From the NCBI GenBank assembly GCA_965214405.1, contig OZ243956.1, forward strand, positions 1,600,001 through 1,664,000: a DNA stretch of 64,000 nucleotides, read 5' to 3'. The translations under genes and the position numbers were made by a program. The notes under the pieces are model-generated. The model did no database searches, had not been told where the DNA came from, and saw only the letters and a list, made by a program, of their open reading frames with translations. Each line of letters opens with the position of its first letter. Position 1 is the first letter of the stretch. The DNA comes from Trueperaceae bacterium. Its GTDB lineage: Bacteria; Deinococcota; Deinococci; Deinococcales; Trueperaceae. Below, in pieces: positions 18,915-27,948 of the stretch.

Positions 18915-20480
18915 TCAAAACTCGCTCTTTCCGAAACGCTCGAGCAGCCCCATCGCCACCCCCGTAATCAGCATGAGCAAGACCGACAGCGCCAGAGCCG
19001 CGCCGTAGTTGGCCGCGCCGGGTCGGCCCAGGCGGTCAAAGATGGCGACGGGCAGCGTGGCGTATTCGGGGCGGGTGATGACGAGCGTCGCGCCAAACTC
19101 GCCCATCGACACCGCAAAGGCGAACGCGGCGGCGGCGACAAGCGCGGGGGCGAGGAGGGGCAGTTCGACGCGGGCGAGGACGCGCAGGGGGCTCGAGCCG
19201 AGCACCCGCGCGGCGTCGGGCAGACTTACGGGCAGCCCCCGCAGCGCGGGCAGGAGGCTCCGCGCCACAAAGGGAAAGGCGATGAGGGAGTGGGCGAGCG
19301 TGAGGCCCCAGGGACTCGTTGCGAGCCGCGGAAACACGAGCAGGTAGCCGAAGCCCAGGGTTACGGCGCTCGTCGCCAGCGGCAGCAGGCTTAAGTTATC
19401 GAGCCAGCGCAGACCGCCGCGCACCACCGCGTACGCAAAGGCGAGGCCGACGGTGAGGGAAAGGAGGGTGCTCGAGACCGCAAACCGCAGCGAATTAAAC
19501 ACCGCGCGACCCGCCCCCGCGAAGCCGGTAGACAAGGACGCCTCGCGGAGCCCTAAGAAGTTGTTCAAAGAAAACCCGTCGGACGTCCAAAAGGCTTGCA
19601 CCGTGAGCGCCACGAGCGGCGAGAGGATGAGCAGCGCCGCCAGCGCCATGTTGAGCGCCAGCGCGAGGCGGGCGGCACCTTTGGCCCTGGGAAGGCGGCT
19701 GGGCGCGCCCAGCGGCACCGCGAGCCGCGCTTGCAAACGGGTATAGAGACCCGTAAAAAGCCCGACGACCAAGAGCTGCGTCAGCACGAGCACGGCGGCG
19801 GTGTCAAGTTGCAAGAGCCTCAACGTGAGGCGGTAGACCTCGACCTCGAGGGTTGCAAAGCGCGGCTGGGGCGCGAGAATAACAATCACGCCAAACGAGG
19901 TGAAAGAAAACACGAACACGAGCGTGGCGGCGGCCAGCACGGCGGGCGCGGACAGGGGCAAGGTGACGCGCAGGAGCGTGCGCCACGGCCCCGCGCCGAG
20001 CATCGCGGCGGCGTCGCGGAGCTTAGGGCCTACGGCCTCTAAGTACGCCCCCACAATCCGCACCACCACCGCGTAGTTGTAAAACACGTGCGCCGCTAAG
20101 ATGATCCAAAGCGTGCCCCGCAGGTTGACAAAACCGCGCGGCCCCGCGAGCGCCAGAAAGCCGATGGCGGCGACTACCGTGGGCATCACAAAAGGGATGG
20201 TGAACGCGACCCGCAGGAGGCGCTTGCCGCGAAAGGCGTAGCGCGAAAAGAGCACCGCGTTGGGCAGCGCCAAACCCACGGTGAGCACGGTTGAAAGGAG
20301 CGCCTGCAGGGTGGTGAACCACACGCGCTCCCGGTAGTAGGGGTTGGTAAAAACCTCCCCAAAAACTCCCGGGCTCGAGACGCTCCGCGCCAAAATCACC
20401 CCGAGCGGGAGGAACAAAAACGTGCCCAAAAAGAGTGCGGCGACGGCTCCGGCCAGCCAGGTGAGGGGGGAACGCTGCAC
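18915..20480 (-). CDS. ABC transporter permease (ThiP/FbpB-type, two TM modules)
   Basis: Two EAA-like loops (LRDAAAMLGAGPW, LPDAARVLGSSP); FSFTSFG; SMGEFGAT. Confidence 0.88.
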   Translation of the reverse strand: MQRSPLTWLAGAVAALFLGTFLFLPLGVILARSVSSPGVFGEVFTNPYYRERVWFTTLQALLSTVLTVGLALPNAVLFSRYAFRGKRLLRVAFTIPFVMPTVVAAIGFLALAGPRGFVNLRGTLWIILAAHVFYNYAVVVRIVGAYLEAVGPKLRDAAAMLGAGPWRTLLRVTLPLSAPAVLAAATLVFVFSFTSFGVIVILAPQPRFATLEVEVYRLTLRLLQLDTAAVLVLTQLLVVGLFTGLYTRLQARLAVPLGAPSRLPRAKGAARLALALNMALAALLILSPLVALTVQAFWTSDGFSLNNFLGLREASLSTGFAGAGRAVFNSLRFAVSSTLLSLTVGLAFAYAVVRGGLRWLDNLSLLPLATSAVTLGFGYLLVFPRLATSPWGLTLAHSLIAFPFVARSLLPALRGLPVSLPDAARVLGSSPLRVLARVELPLLAPALVAAAAFAFAVSMGEFGATLVITRPEYATLPVAIFDRLGRPGAANYGAALALSVLLMLITGVAMGLLERFGKSEF

Positions 20481-20556
20481 GCTCTAGTTTATAGGACTCG
20501 GTTTACAAGATGGTGTCAGGGCTTGTGCGCTCGAGACCTCTTCCGCTTTCAACTCC

Positions 20557-21246
20557 CTAAGCGCCGTTCAACCCCACAGGCTCCAAAACGAGCACCCGCG
20601 TCCTTTCGGGCAGGTCGGCGGGCGTCAGCTCCACCTCAGGCGACCCCGCGACTTCGACGTCGTCATCCTCAAAGAGTGAAAGAAACGCGCCTATGGAGAG
20701 CAGGTTGTCGAGTTTGTAAAGAGGCGTGTCGAAGTGCATCGGCACGACGAGTTTGGGTTTGAGTTCATCAACCGCGGCTTTGAGCGCGTCCAAGGGAATC
20801 GTCGGATGGCCCCCCGCGAGCGCGAGGAGGACGTCTACGCCCCTGAAGAACCCTAGCTGCGCCGCGCTAAGGGACGTGCCTACGTCGCCCATGTGGCCGA
20901 CGCTGAGGTCGCCTAACGTAAAGCGGACCATGCCGTTGGCCTCGGGCTGACCACCGCGGTGGTCGAGGGCTTCCGACGCCTCGACGCCGTGAAACGTCAC
21001 GTCTTGAACCGTGCGGCTTTTGCCGGAACGGGCGAGCTCTAAACTGTTGATAACCACGGGCGAGCCCGGCACCAAGTGCGCGTTGCAGTGAAACGAGTCG
21101 GTCGCTGAGGAGATGACGACGATGTCGGCGGGCTCTAAAACGGGTTTGTAGCCGGAGGTTGCCGGGTCGTAGGGGTCGGTGACGACGCTTGCGCCGCCCT
21201 TTGCCGCGACCCGGAAAGATGCGTGACCGTACCAGGTAAGTTTCAT
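20557..21246 (-). CDS. MBL-fold metallo-hydrolase (Lactamase_B_3 type)
   Basis: MKLTWYGHASF, TDPY, HMGD, VVPMHF. Confidence 0.85.
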   Translation of the reverse strand: MKLTWYGHASFRVAAKGGASVVTDPYDPATSGYKPVLEPADIVVISSATDSFHCNAHLVPGSPVVINSLELARSGKSRTVQDVTFHGVEASEALDHRGGQPEANGMVRFTLGDLSVGHMGDVGTSLSAAQLGFFRGVDVLLALAGGHPTIPLDALKAAVDELKPKLVVPMHFDTPLYKLDNLLSIGAFLSLFEDDDVEVAGSPEVELTPADLPERTRVLVLEPVGLNGA

Positions 21247-21288
21247 CCTCCCAGCATAGCGCGTTCGCGCGTCAGTGATGCTTTACGC

Positions 21289-21335
21289 TCTGTGGCTGAC
21301 TGGTTCTGTGGCTGACTGTTCTGTGGTTGGTGGTT
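21289..21335. repeat. Imperfect tandem repeat, about 15-16 bp x3
   Basis: TCTGTGGCTGACTGGT / TCTGTGGCTGACTGT / TCTGTGGTTGGTGGTT. Confidence 0.7.
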
Positions 21336-21403
21336 GGAGGCTCTGCGGCTGGTAGGACGGGCGTCACGGCTTAGTAAAGCGCGCAGGGTGTGTAATAGAG
21401 GGT

Positions 21404-21712
21404 ATGGACAGCGTGTATTTAGCGAGAATTCGCCGGGGCGTGATGGCGAGAGCGCGGGTGCTGGCGCTCGAGCTTCACTTCGTCGAGCCGCGCAGAGAGA
21501 GCGACCTTTTGCTCATGTCATTGGGAGGGCGCAGACAAGGTGCCCTGAGAATCCCCAACTATCTGCTCGACTGCTTTAAGGAAGTGGACGTAGACTTGGT
21601 CCGCTCCGAAAGCGAGGGAGAAGATTACCGGCTGCTGGTCGCGGTGACGCCGAAGCTGGGGGCGCAGCCCAGCGCCTCCTTTGAGCAGCGCGGCAAGCTC
21701 CGTAAGCGCTAG
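21404..21712 (+). CDS. Hypothetical protein
   Basis: 102-aa ORF with host-like codon usage; GAGGG before the ATG. Confidence 0.6.
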   Translation: MDSVYLARIRRGVMARARVLALELHFVEPRRESDLLLMSLGGRRQGALRIPNYLLDCFKEVDVDLVRSESEGEDYRLLVAVTPKLGAQPSASFEQRGKLRKR

Positions 21713-21784
21713 ATTCAAGGATTGGATTCAAAAACAAAAAAACGCCTCCGGGGAACCGAAGGCGTGTCCAAAAAACTTCGCGTT

Positions 21785-22291
21785 TTAGAAGTGGTAGTTG
21801 ATCCCAAGCCGCGCGGCGAGGCGCGAGTCAACGTCGAAGCCGATAAAGGGTCCTATCTCAAAAAAGGCACCGCCGGGCTGAAAGCCAATGTTGGTAAAGC
21901 GGTATTCCGCGCCCGCGAGCGCGCTGATGCCGAAGCCGGAGTCGCCCCCAGAGGTGTCCCCGAAAATCAGCGTCGGACCGGCGGCCGCGTAAACGTCGAG
22001 CGGCAAAGCCGTATCAACAGCAAAGTCGAAAATGGCGTTCGCACCGAGCGCAACCTGATTGTTAGAAAAAGAAGCGTTAAAGCGCGTGTCGATGGCGTTA
22101 CCCAGAAGGTCGTTGATGCCGAAATGCACCGACCCACCAAGGGGAGAGCCCAGTGAAATACCGATCCAGTAGCTGTCGATCACGGGATCGGTCAGGTCAC
22201 CCGCGACCGTGACGGTCTGGTCGGTCTGGGCGAAAGTGGTGCCCGTGCTCAACAGAAGAGCGGCGAGCATTAATAAGGATAATCTACGCAT
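21785..22291 (-). CDS. Small outer-membrane beta-barrel protein
   Basis: GGAGGG RBS, signal peptide ending TFA-Q, alternating beta-strand pattern, C-terminal GINYHF. Confidence 0.8.
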   Translation of the reverse strand: MRRLSLLMLAALLLSTGTTFAQTDQTVTVAGDLTDPVIDSYWIGISLGSPLGGSVHFGINDLLGNAIDTRFNASFSNNQVALGANAIFDFAVDTALPLDVYAAAGPTLIFGDTSGGDSGFGISALAGAEYRFTNIGFQPGGAFFEIGPFIGFDVDSRLAARLGINYHF

Positions 22292-22451
22292 GTTTTTCCC
22301 CTCCAAAAAAAACTATGAGAGTGTTGGCGGCTCTCACGATGTGGCCTTTATATCACGCACATCTCTCGCTAACAAGTGCATCCGGCTACAGCTTTGTGAT
22401 TTCGTTTCACAATGGGTGAGGCTGTAGGAGCGTATGAGCAGGAATTGTGCC

Positions 22452-22799
22452 TCACGAGCGGCTGCGCTCTCCGTAACGCCGCGCCGCGTCGCGCGGTTTT
22501 GGCGTGGCCTGGTTGCAGGGCGGCAGGTCGCCGTGGCGGGCGCGGTAGCGCGCGATCAGGTCGGCCTCGGCAGCTTGGGGGACGCGGCTGTAGGCGTAGC
22601 GCCAGTAGAGGGCGCGGTTTGCAACGCAAGCGTTCTTGGTGAGGTGCTGCCGGATGCGGTTGGGTACGTCTCGAGCGGACTGACCGATATAGAGAACTCG
22701 TTTGTCGGCGTCGGCCAACTCGTAAACGCCCGGCATGGCGTCGCGCCCGCGCGGGTGGGGTAGGGTCTCGAGCGCGCGCCAGCGCGCGGCAATGGGCAC
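22452..22799 (-). CDS. Small GIY-YIG nuclease-family protein
   Basis: PGVYEL...VLYIGQS...RIRQH...E...PPCN; directly downstream of era. Confidence 0.8.
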   Translation of the reverse strand: MPIAARWRALETLPHPRGRDAMPGVYELADADKRVLYIGQSARDVPNRIRQHLTKNACVANRALYWRYAYSRVPQAAEADLIARYRARHGDLPPCNQATPKPRDAARRYGERSRS

Positions 22800-22808
22800 G
22801 GCGCGCCC

Positions 22809-23714
22809 CTACTCGTAACCGAGTTCGCGCAAAGACTCTACGTCCTCGCGCCAGTCGCGGTGGATGGCGACCTCAAGGTCTAAATAAATGCGGTCGCCCA
22901 AGAAAATTTCCAACTGCTTACGCGCCGTCCGGCCGATTTCCCGAATCATCTTGCCCCCCTTGCCAAGCACGATCATACGGTGATTGGGCCGCTCCACCCA
23001 GATTTCCGCGCCGATATAGAGCGCGTCTCCCTCCTTTTCGGGCTCGCGCCACTCCAAGACCTGCACCGCCACGGCGTAGGGCAGTTCTTGACGGAGGTGG
23101 ATCATCGCGCTCTCGCGGATGAGTTCGCCCGCCCACGCCTCGCGCGACTGGTCGCTGCGGATGTCCGGCGGGAAGTAAAAGGGGCCTTCACCCAACCGCT
23201 CAAAAAGCTCGTCGCGCAGCCTGTAGACCGCGTTGGGGTCGTCGAGGGCGCTCAACATGCGTACTTCGGTCACGCCTGGCAGCAGGTCGCGGTAGAGCGA
23301 GAGCGCCTCGTCCGGGTACTTGGCGACGTCTACTTTATTCCCAATAAGGTAAACGGGCGTCCGCGGGTCGATGCCGCCCACAAGGCGCGCCACGTCCTTG
23401 TCTTCGTCCCCGGGAGGACGGCGCAGGTCGACAACCCAGAGGGCGACGTCCACATCAACGAGCGCGCCCGTCACCTCGCGGTTCATGTACTGCCCCAGCG
23501 CGTCTTTGGCGCGGTGAAAACCGGGCGTATCGACAAAAACGAGCTGCTTGTCGTCTTGCGTATAGACGCCGCGCACCCCGCGGCGCGTGGTCTGCGGCTT
23601 CGGCGTGATGGGCGCGACTTTCACGCCCAGAAGCGTATTCAGGAGCGTTGACTTGCCGACGTTGGGTCGGCCTACGATAGCCACGAAACCCGAACGGGTT
23701 GTGTGTTGGTCCAT
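22809..23714 (-). CDS. era: GTPase Era
   Basis: [32 protein letters not shown] domain ([12 protein letters not shown]). Confidence 0.97.
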   Translation of the reverse strand: MDQHTTRSGFVAIVGRPNVGKSTLLNTLLGVKVAPITPKPQTTRRGVRGVYTQDDKQLVFVDTPGFHRAKDALGQYMNREVTGALVDVDVALWVVDLRRPPGDEDKDVARLVGGIDPRTPVYLIGNKVDVAKYPDEALSLYRDLLPGVTEVRMLSALDDPNAVYRLRDELFERLGEGPFYFPPDIRSDQSREAWAGELIRESAMIHLRQELPYAVAVQVLEWREPEKEGDALYIGAEIWVERPNHRMIVLGKGGKMIREIGRTARKQLEIFLGDRIYLDLEVAIHRDWREDVESLRELGYE

Positions 23715-23947
23715 GTTTCCGCCTTTTCGGCTCGAGCCTCGGCCGCTGTGTCCGTCACCTTTCGGCCACCTTCTAACGATTATGGGCCGCGCCCTCGTCC
23801 TTTACTGGTGGTCCCGTAGCTGCGCCCTTAAATGCCGCTGGAGCGCTCTGCCGTGGTGACGCCTTACAGCTCCACTGTAACAAGTATAGGGGTAGCTTTT
23901 CGTGCTCGAGCCGAAAGAGCGCCAAGAGGTTGGCTTCAACCAAAAAT

Positions 23948-24841
23948 TCAGGGCGTCCCTGCGCGCTGCTCTTGTCTACCGTACGCCGCCGCGTAGGCGG
24001 GAGTAACCGTCCGGGGGTCGGGGAGGGCGCAAGGAGCGCTTCTTGAAACCTCCCCAGCCACTTCTACAGCCAGATAACCCGCGTGCGGGGTGTAACCCAC
24101 CGAGAAGAGGTCCGCGCCGCACCGGGCGCTGTAGGCGCGCGCCCACGCCTCCGCGTAGCCTTCAGCGGGCTCGCAATAGTATTCACCGTAGGCGCAGCCC
24201 TCGTCGGCGAAGGCGTTATGGCTCAAGCCCAGCATGAGCCAGTCCACGCAGTGCCCCACCTCGTGCAGGGTGATGTCGGCCAGCACGCGCGGGTCATGGC
24301 GCGTGAGCCAGGTGTCGATATAGATGTGGCAGGTCTGCGTGCGCGCCTCGAGCCGCGCGTAGCCCAACGCGGGAAACCCGCGCAGATCGACCAAATGGTA
24401 CTGAAGGCGCATCCCCGCAACTTCAGCCTCCCACACCTCGCCGTGAAGCGCCCCTAGCGCCTCTACCCGCGAAGGTCGAGGTTCACCGGCAAACGCCCGG
24501 AAAACGCCGCCGAACAGCACGATCAGCACGAAGAGGAGCGCCAAGCGGAGAAGCGGCGGCCTCACCGCTGCGCCTTCGTTCGCGCCGCTATCGCCCTCGC
24601 CAGACCCGACGTCGGCACCGAAAAGGTCTCCCGCGTCGTTTTTGTGGCGCAAGATGGCCCCGATCATCAGCGCGGTCGCGTAGTGGAATTGGGGCAGCCC
24701 CAAGCAAAAGGAAAGGACGAAAAGACCACCCACCACGAGCCCCCACATCACGTTCCGCTGCCCCGTCTTTTGCACAAGGGTCTCTTGCACGGTAGTCTCT
24801 TGTCCAGGGGTTTCTTGCACAGCTCGCATCACAGGCCGCAT
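23948..24841 (-). CDS. Membrane-anchored hypothetical protein with HEXXH zincin motif
   Basis: Two hydrophobic segments, then TLHEVGHCVD...PAEGYAEAW. Start uncertain. Confidence 0.6.
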   Translation of the reverse strand: MRPVMRAVQETPGQETTVQETLVQKTGQRNVMWGLVVGGLFVLSFCLGLPQFHYATALMIGAILRHKNDAGDLFGADVGSGEGDSGANEGAAVRPPLLRLALLFVLIVLFGGVFRAFAGEPRPSRVEALGALHGEVWEAEVAGMRLQYHLVDLRGFPALGYARLEARTQTCHIYIDTWLTRHDPRVLADITLHEVGHCVDWLMLGLSHNAFADEGCAYGEYYCEPAEGYAEAWARAYSARCGADLFSVGYTPHAGYLAVEVAGEVSRSAPCALPDPRTVTPAYAAAYGRQEQRAGTP

Positions 24842-25225
24842 TCTTCGCCCTTTCCCGCTCGAGTGGTCACGTCACTGCTTACGTCGCCTACAGTTTGCCT
24901 TAAAGCGTAGGTAAAGTATTTCACACGGTGTGAGAAAAACCACAGGATGAGCGTCACATAGTCAGCGTAGGACGCGGGGCGTTCCGAGCGCGTTCCGCCA
25001 GAAACCGTGTGGCGTAGAGCTAGAGCAAGTGGGGGTCGGCTCGAGCGGGATTCAACGCTCGTCACGTCTGCGAAGGGATACTTTTTAATGGTCTTTGGCG
25101 GTTACAAAAGTTTTTTAGGTTCGACACCGTTGAGGCGTGAGCGTTGAGGCGCGACAGGACAAAGACCCACCGCGCCTCTTGCTCATCGCGCCGGGGTTCG
25201 CCACGCGACTGCCCCTCGGGCCGTA

Positions 25226-25438
25226 CTAGCCGCCGCGGACGACGCCGCGGACGACGGCCTCACCAAAAAGAGCGAGACCGGTATTGGTCACGACCAGCGC
25301 CACCGTCCCCCACACCACCCAAACAAGGGTTGACGCGCCCTTGATCTTGACTTCTATGGCGTGGCCCAAAAAACTGAGCCCCATACCGACGAGCAGCAAT
25401 CCTAATGCAGCGAGTGTGAACATACCCAACCTCCCCAA
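25226..25438 (-). CDS. Small two-TM membrane protein
   Basis: LGLLLVGMGLSFLG...WVVWGTVALVVTNTGLALFGEAV. Confidence 0.65.
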   Translation of the reverse strand: MGRLGMFTLAALGLLLVGMGLSFLGHAIEVKIKGASTLVWVVWGTVALVVTNTGLALFGEAVVRGVVRGG

Positions 25439-25672
25439 CCGTGACGGTTATACGGTTCAACTTTGCACAGTTCAAGATACAGTCCAAAATACCGCCCCAG
25501 CCGTTTTCACAAAGCGGCAGAAAGAAATGTTTCAGGAGGCGTGAGAATCTACCCCGGCTTCCTTTATGTCAAGACTTGGAGACTACACCCCTAAACCATC
25601 TAGCTGAACCAGGGCTGACATGAGTAGGACAGGATAAAAGCGAACAGTTTGTAGCAATAAATCAGCCTGATT

Positions 25673-26560
25673 TCAGATTTCGTATTCCTTAACTATATTT
25701 ATAAACCGTCCCCGCACCGGATTCGGGTCAAATGTTCGCCAATAACAAGACAGCCCAATGCTGTCAGTGGGTCGTATAGGCAGATAAGTTACTCCGGGGT
25801 GCGGCATGGTCTGCCAAGATTCCTGTACGAGGTGTACCCCGAACCCCGACGCGACAAGTCCCAAACGCATTTGGACGGAACTTGCCTGCTGAACAATATT
25901 AGGTGAATAACCGACCTTCTGACAAAGAGAAATGATGCGGTCATAGACGTCTGCCCCGTCGTCTCTGGGGAACATAACCCACGGCTCATCGGCCAGGTCG
26001 ATCAGGTCAACGTGCTCACGGCTTGCGAGCGGGTGCCGCTTAGGAAGAACGATCCAGAAAGGTTCCTCCTCCAAATTCAGACATGTGTACGCCGCTGCGT
26101 TCGGAACAGGGGGGTGAGCGAACACGACGTCGGTGAGCCGCTCACTTAGCGCGTTCACCTCGCGGTTGGCTCTCAGCTCGAGCACGCTGAGGGTAACGTC
26201 AGGAAGCTCTACACGAAACCGTTTAAGAATCGTAGGTAAGACGCCCAGCATCGCCGAATGCACCAGGCTTATGGTTAGCCGCCCGCGCTTACCCTCGGCG
26301 CTTTGCCGCACGCGTTGCTTGGCGAGCTCGGCATTTTTCAAGAGTGACTTCGCCTCATCCAGAAAAAGCTCACCGGCCTCCGTCAGCCGGACGTTTCGCT
26401 TGTTTCGGTAGAAAAGGCGGACCCCAAGCTCTTCCTCGAGTTGCTGAATAAGGCGGCTGACGTGGGGCTGCGTTACCCCGAGAGCTTTGGCGGCATACCC
26501 GAAGTGCAGGTAAGTGGCGAGCGTTACAAAGGTATTGAGGTGCTTAAAGTCCACCTTCAA
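25673..26560 (-). CDS. LysR-family transcriptional regulator
   Basis: HFGYAAKALGVTQPHVSRLIQQLEEELGVRLF, LTEAG; divergent from the sugar operon. Confidence 0.93.
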   Translation of the reverse strand: MKVDFKHLNTFVTLATYLHFGYAAKALGVTQPHVSRLIQQLEEELGVRLFYRNKRNVRLTEAGELFLDEAKSLLKNAELAKQRVRQSAEGKRGRLTISLVHSAMLGVLPTILKRFRVELPDVTLSVLELRANREVNALSERLTDVVFAHPPVPNAAAYTCLNLEEEPFWIVLPKRHPLASREHVDLIDLADEPWVMFPRDDGADVYDRIISLCQKVGYSPNIVQQASSVQMRLGLVASGFGVHLVQESWQTMPHPGVTYLPIRPTDSIGLSCYWRTFDPNPVRGRFINIVKEYEI

Positions 26561-26561
26561 A

Positions 26562-26580
26562 TAATACCAAATACGTATTA
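26562..26580. promoter_or_regulatory. LysR recognition box ATAC-N7-GTAT
   Basis: TAATAC-CAAATAC-GTATTA dyad right at the lysR start; matches the T-N11-A / CatR-BenM style consensus. Confidence 0.7.
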
Positions 26581-26729
26581 ATCAATATAAAAAAGGAACG
26601 ATTTGGTCTTATATGATCTAACCACAACAAATCTTGGATGGTTAAAGGATGGAACGGGATGCGCGAACAAACTGTTTGCAGTTTATGGATATGTAAGATT
26701 GCCCTCACTTTTACGGGCGGGTTTACGGC

Positions 26730-27809
26730 GTGCCGCTAGAGCTTGGCAGCGTGGCCGCTAGGCGACAACGTGGCGCGGGCAATCCTCTTGGCGTTGGCAT
26801 CATAGGCGTCGGTTACCCCGGCGAACGTCACGCCGAAGGGTGTTTAGAGAGCGGGCTCACAAGGCTGATTGCCGCAAGCGACCTTGACGAAACGAAGCTG
26901 GCGGCTTTCTCTTCAGCTTATGGCGCTGAGCGCAGTTACGAGGACTATAGGCGTCTCTTAGCTAACGCCGACGTCGACATAGTCATCGTCGCCCTGCCGA
27001 CATTTTTGCATCAGCCCGTTACATTGGCCGCGCTCAAAGCGGGCAAGCACGTGCTTTGCGAGAAACCGCCTGCTCGCTCCGCCGCCGAGGTAGAGGGCAT
27101 GGAGCGAGCCGCTGAGGCGTCAGGGAAAGTTCTGGGGTACGCTTTGCAGCGGCGTTTCGGCGCGACCGCGCAAAAACTCAAAGAGCTACTCGCCAGGGAT
27201 GAACTCGGCGAGGTTTATCACGCTCGAGCCATCTGGCGGCGCACCTGGGGTGTGCCCGCCGGGGTTGGGGGCGCCTCCTGGTTCACCGACCCGGTCAAAG
27301 CGGGCGGCGGCGCGCTCATGGACATTGGTGTTCACGTGCTCGACCTTGCCTGGTTCCTGCTCGGCTTACCTGGCGCGGCGAGCGTGTCGGGGAGAGTTTT
27401 CAACAAGTTCCCGGATGTGACAAAGACCGACGACAGCGCCTTTGCTTTCGTCCGCTTCGAGTCCGGGCAGACCTTGCAGCTCGAGACAAGTTGGGTGCTG
27501 GCGCAGGCGGAGGATGAGTTCGCCGTGCATCTTTACGGCACAAAAGCGGGGGCTCACTTGACAGAAGAGCGCCTTGACCTGTTCCCGGTGAGCCGCGAAG
27601 GGCGAATGAGGCGTTCGTTCGATGTAGCGGTCAACCCGCCCCTGAGGGTGACAGAACCTTTTGCTTCACAGCTACAAGACTTCGCGCGCGCCGTCTACAC
27701 AGGAGCCGAACCGTGCATGTCAGCCTCTCAAGGTACGCAACTTATGCGGATGATCGCGGCCATTTATGAATCGTCTAAGTTGGGACAGGAGGTGACTTGC
27801 TCGCGCTGA
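26730..27809 (+). CDS. Gfo/Idh/MocA oxidoreductase
   Basis: GIIGVG, GKHVLCEKP, GGGALMDIGVHVLD. Confidence 0.92.
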   Translation: MPLELGSVAARRQRGAGNPLGVGIIGVGYPGERHAEGCLESGLTRLIAASDLDETKLAAFSSAYGAERSYEDYRRLLANADVDIVIVALPTFLHQPVTLAALKAGKHVLCEKPPARSAAEVEGMERAAEASGKVLGYALQRRFGATAQKLKELLARDELGEVYHARAIWRRTWGVPAGVGGASWFTDPVKAGGGALMDIGVHVLDLAWFLLGLPGAASVSGRVFNKFPDVTKTDDSAFAFVRFESGQTLQLETSWVLAQAEDEFAVHLYGTKAGAHLTEERLDLFPVSREGRMRRSFDVAVNPPLRVTEPFASQLQDFARAVYTGAEPCMSASQGTQLMRMIAAIYESSKLGQEVTCSR

Positions 27810-27948
27810 AGATGCGGTTAGGCAGTGACAGCTTGAATCAAGCTGCACGTTCCCGAAAGCCTTCTTAAAGGAGAAAATTATGTCGAAAGCTAACCCTTTT
27901 CGTCTTGCGCTTGTTTCCTCAGTCTTACAAGTTTATCTGTTACGTTAA

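Noticed and set aside
21289..21335. Mini CRISPR array
   Set aside because: The units are about 16 bp and directly adjacent, with no spacers and no cas genes.
20481..21400. TPP riboswitch for the thiamine cluster
   Set aside because: No CTGAGA...ACCTGA consensus found in the upstream spacers.
25440..25672. att duplication of the tRNA-fMet 3' end at the left edge of the sugar island
   Set aside because: No copy of the tRNA 3' sequence and no integrase seen, so site-specific integration is unsupported.
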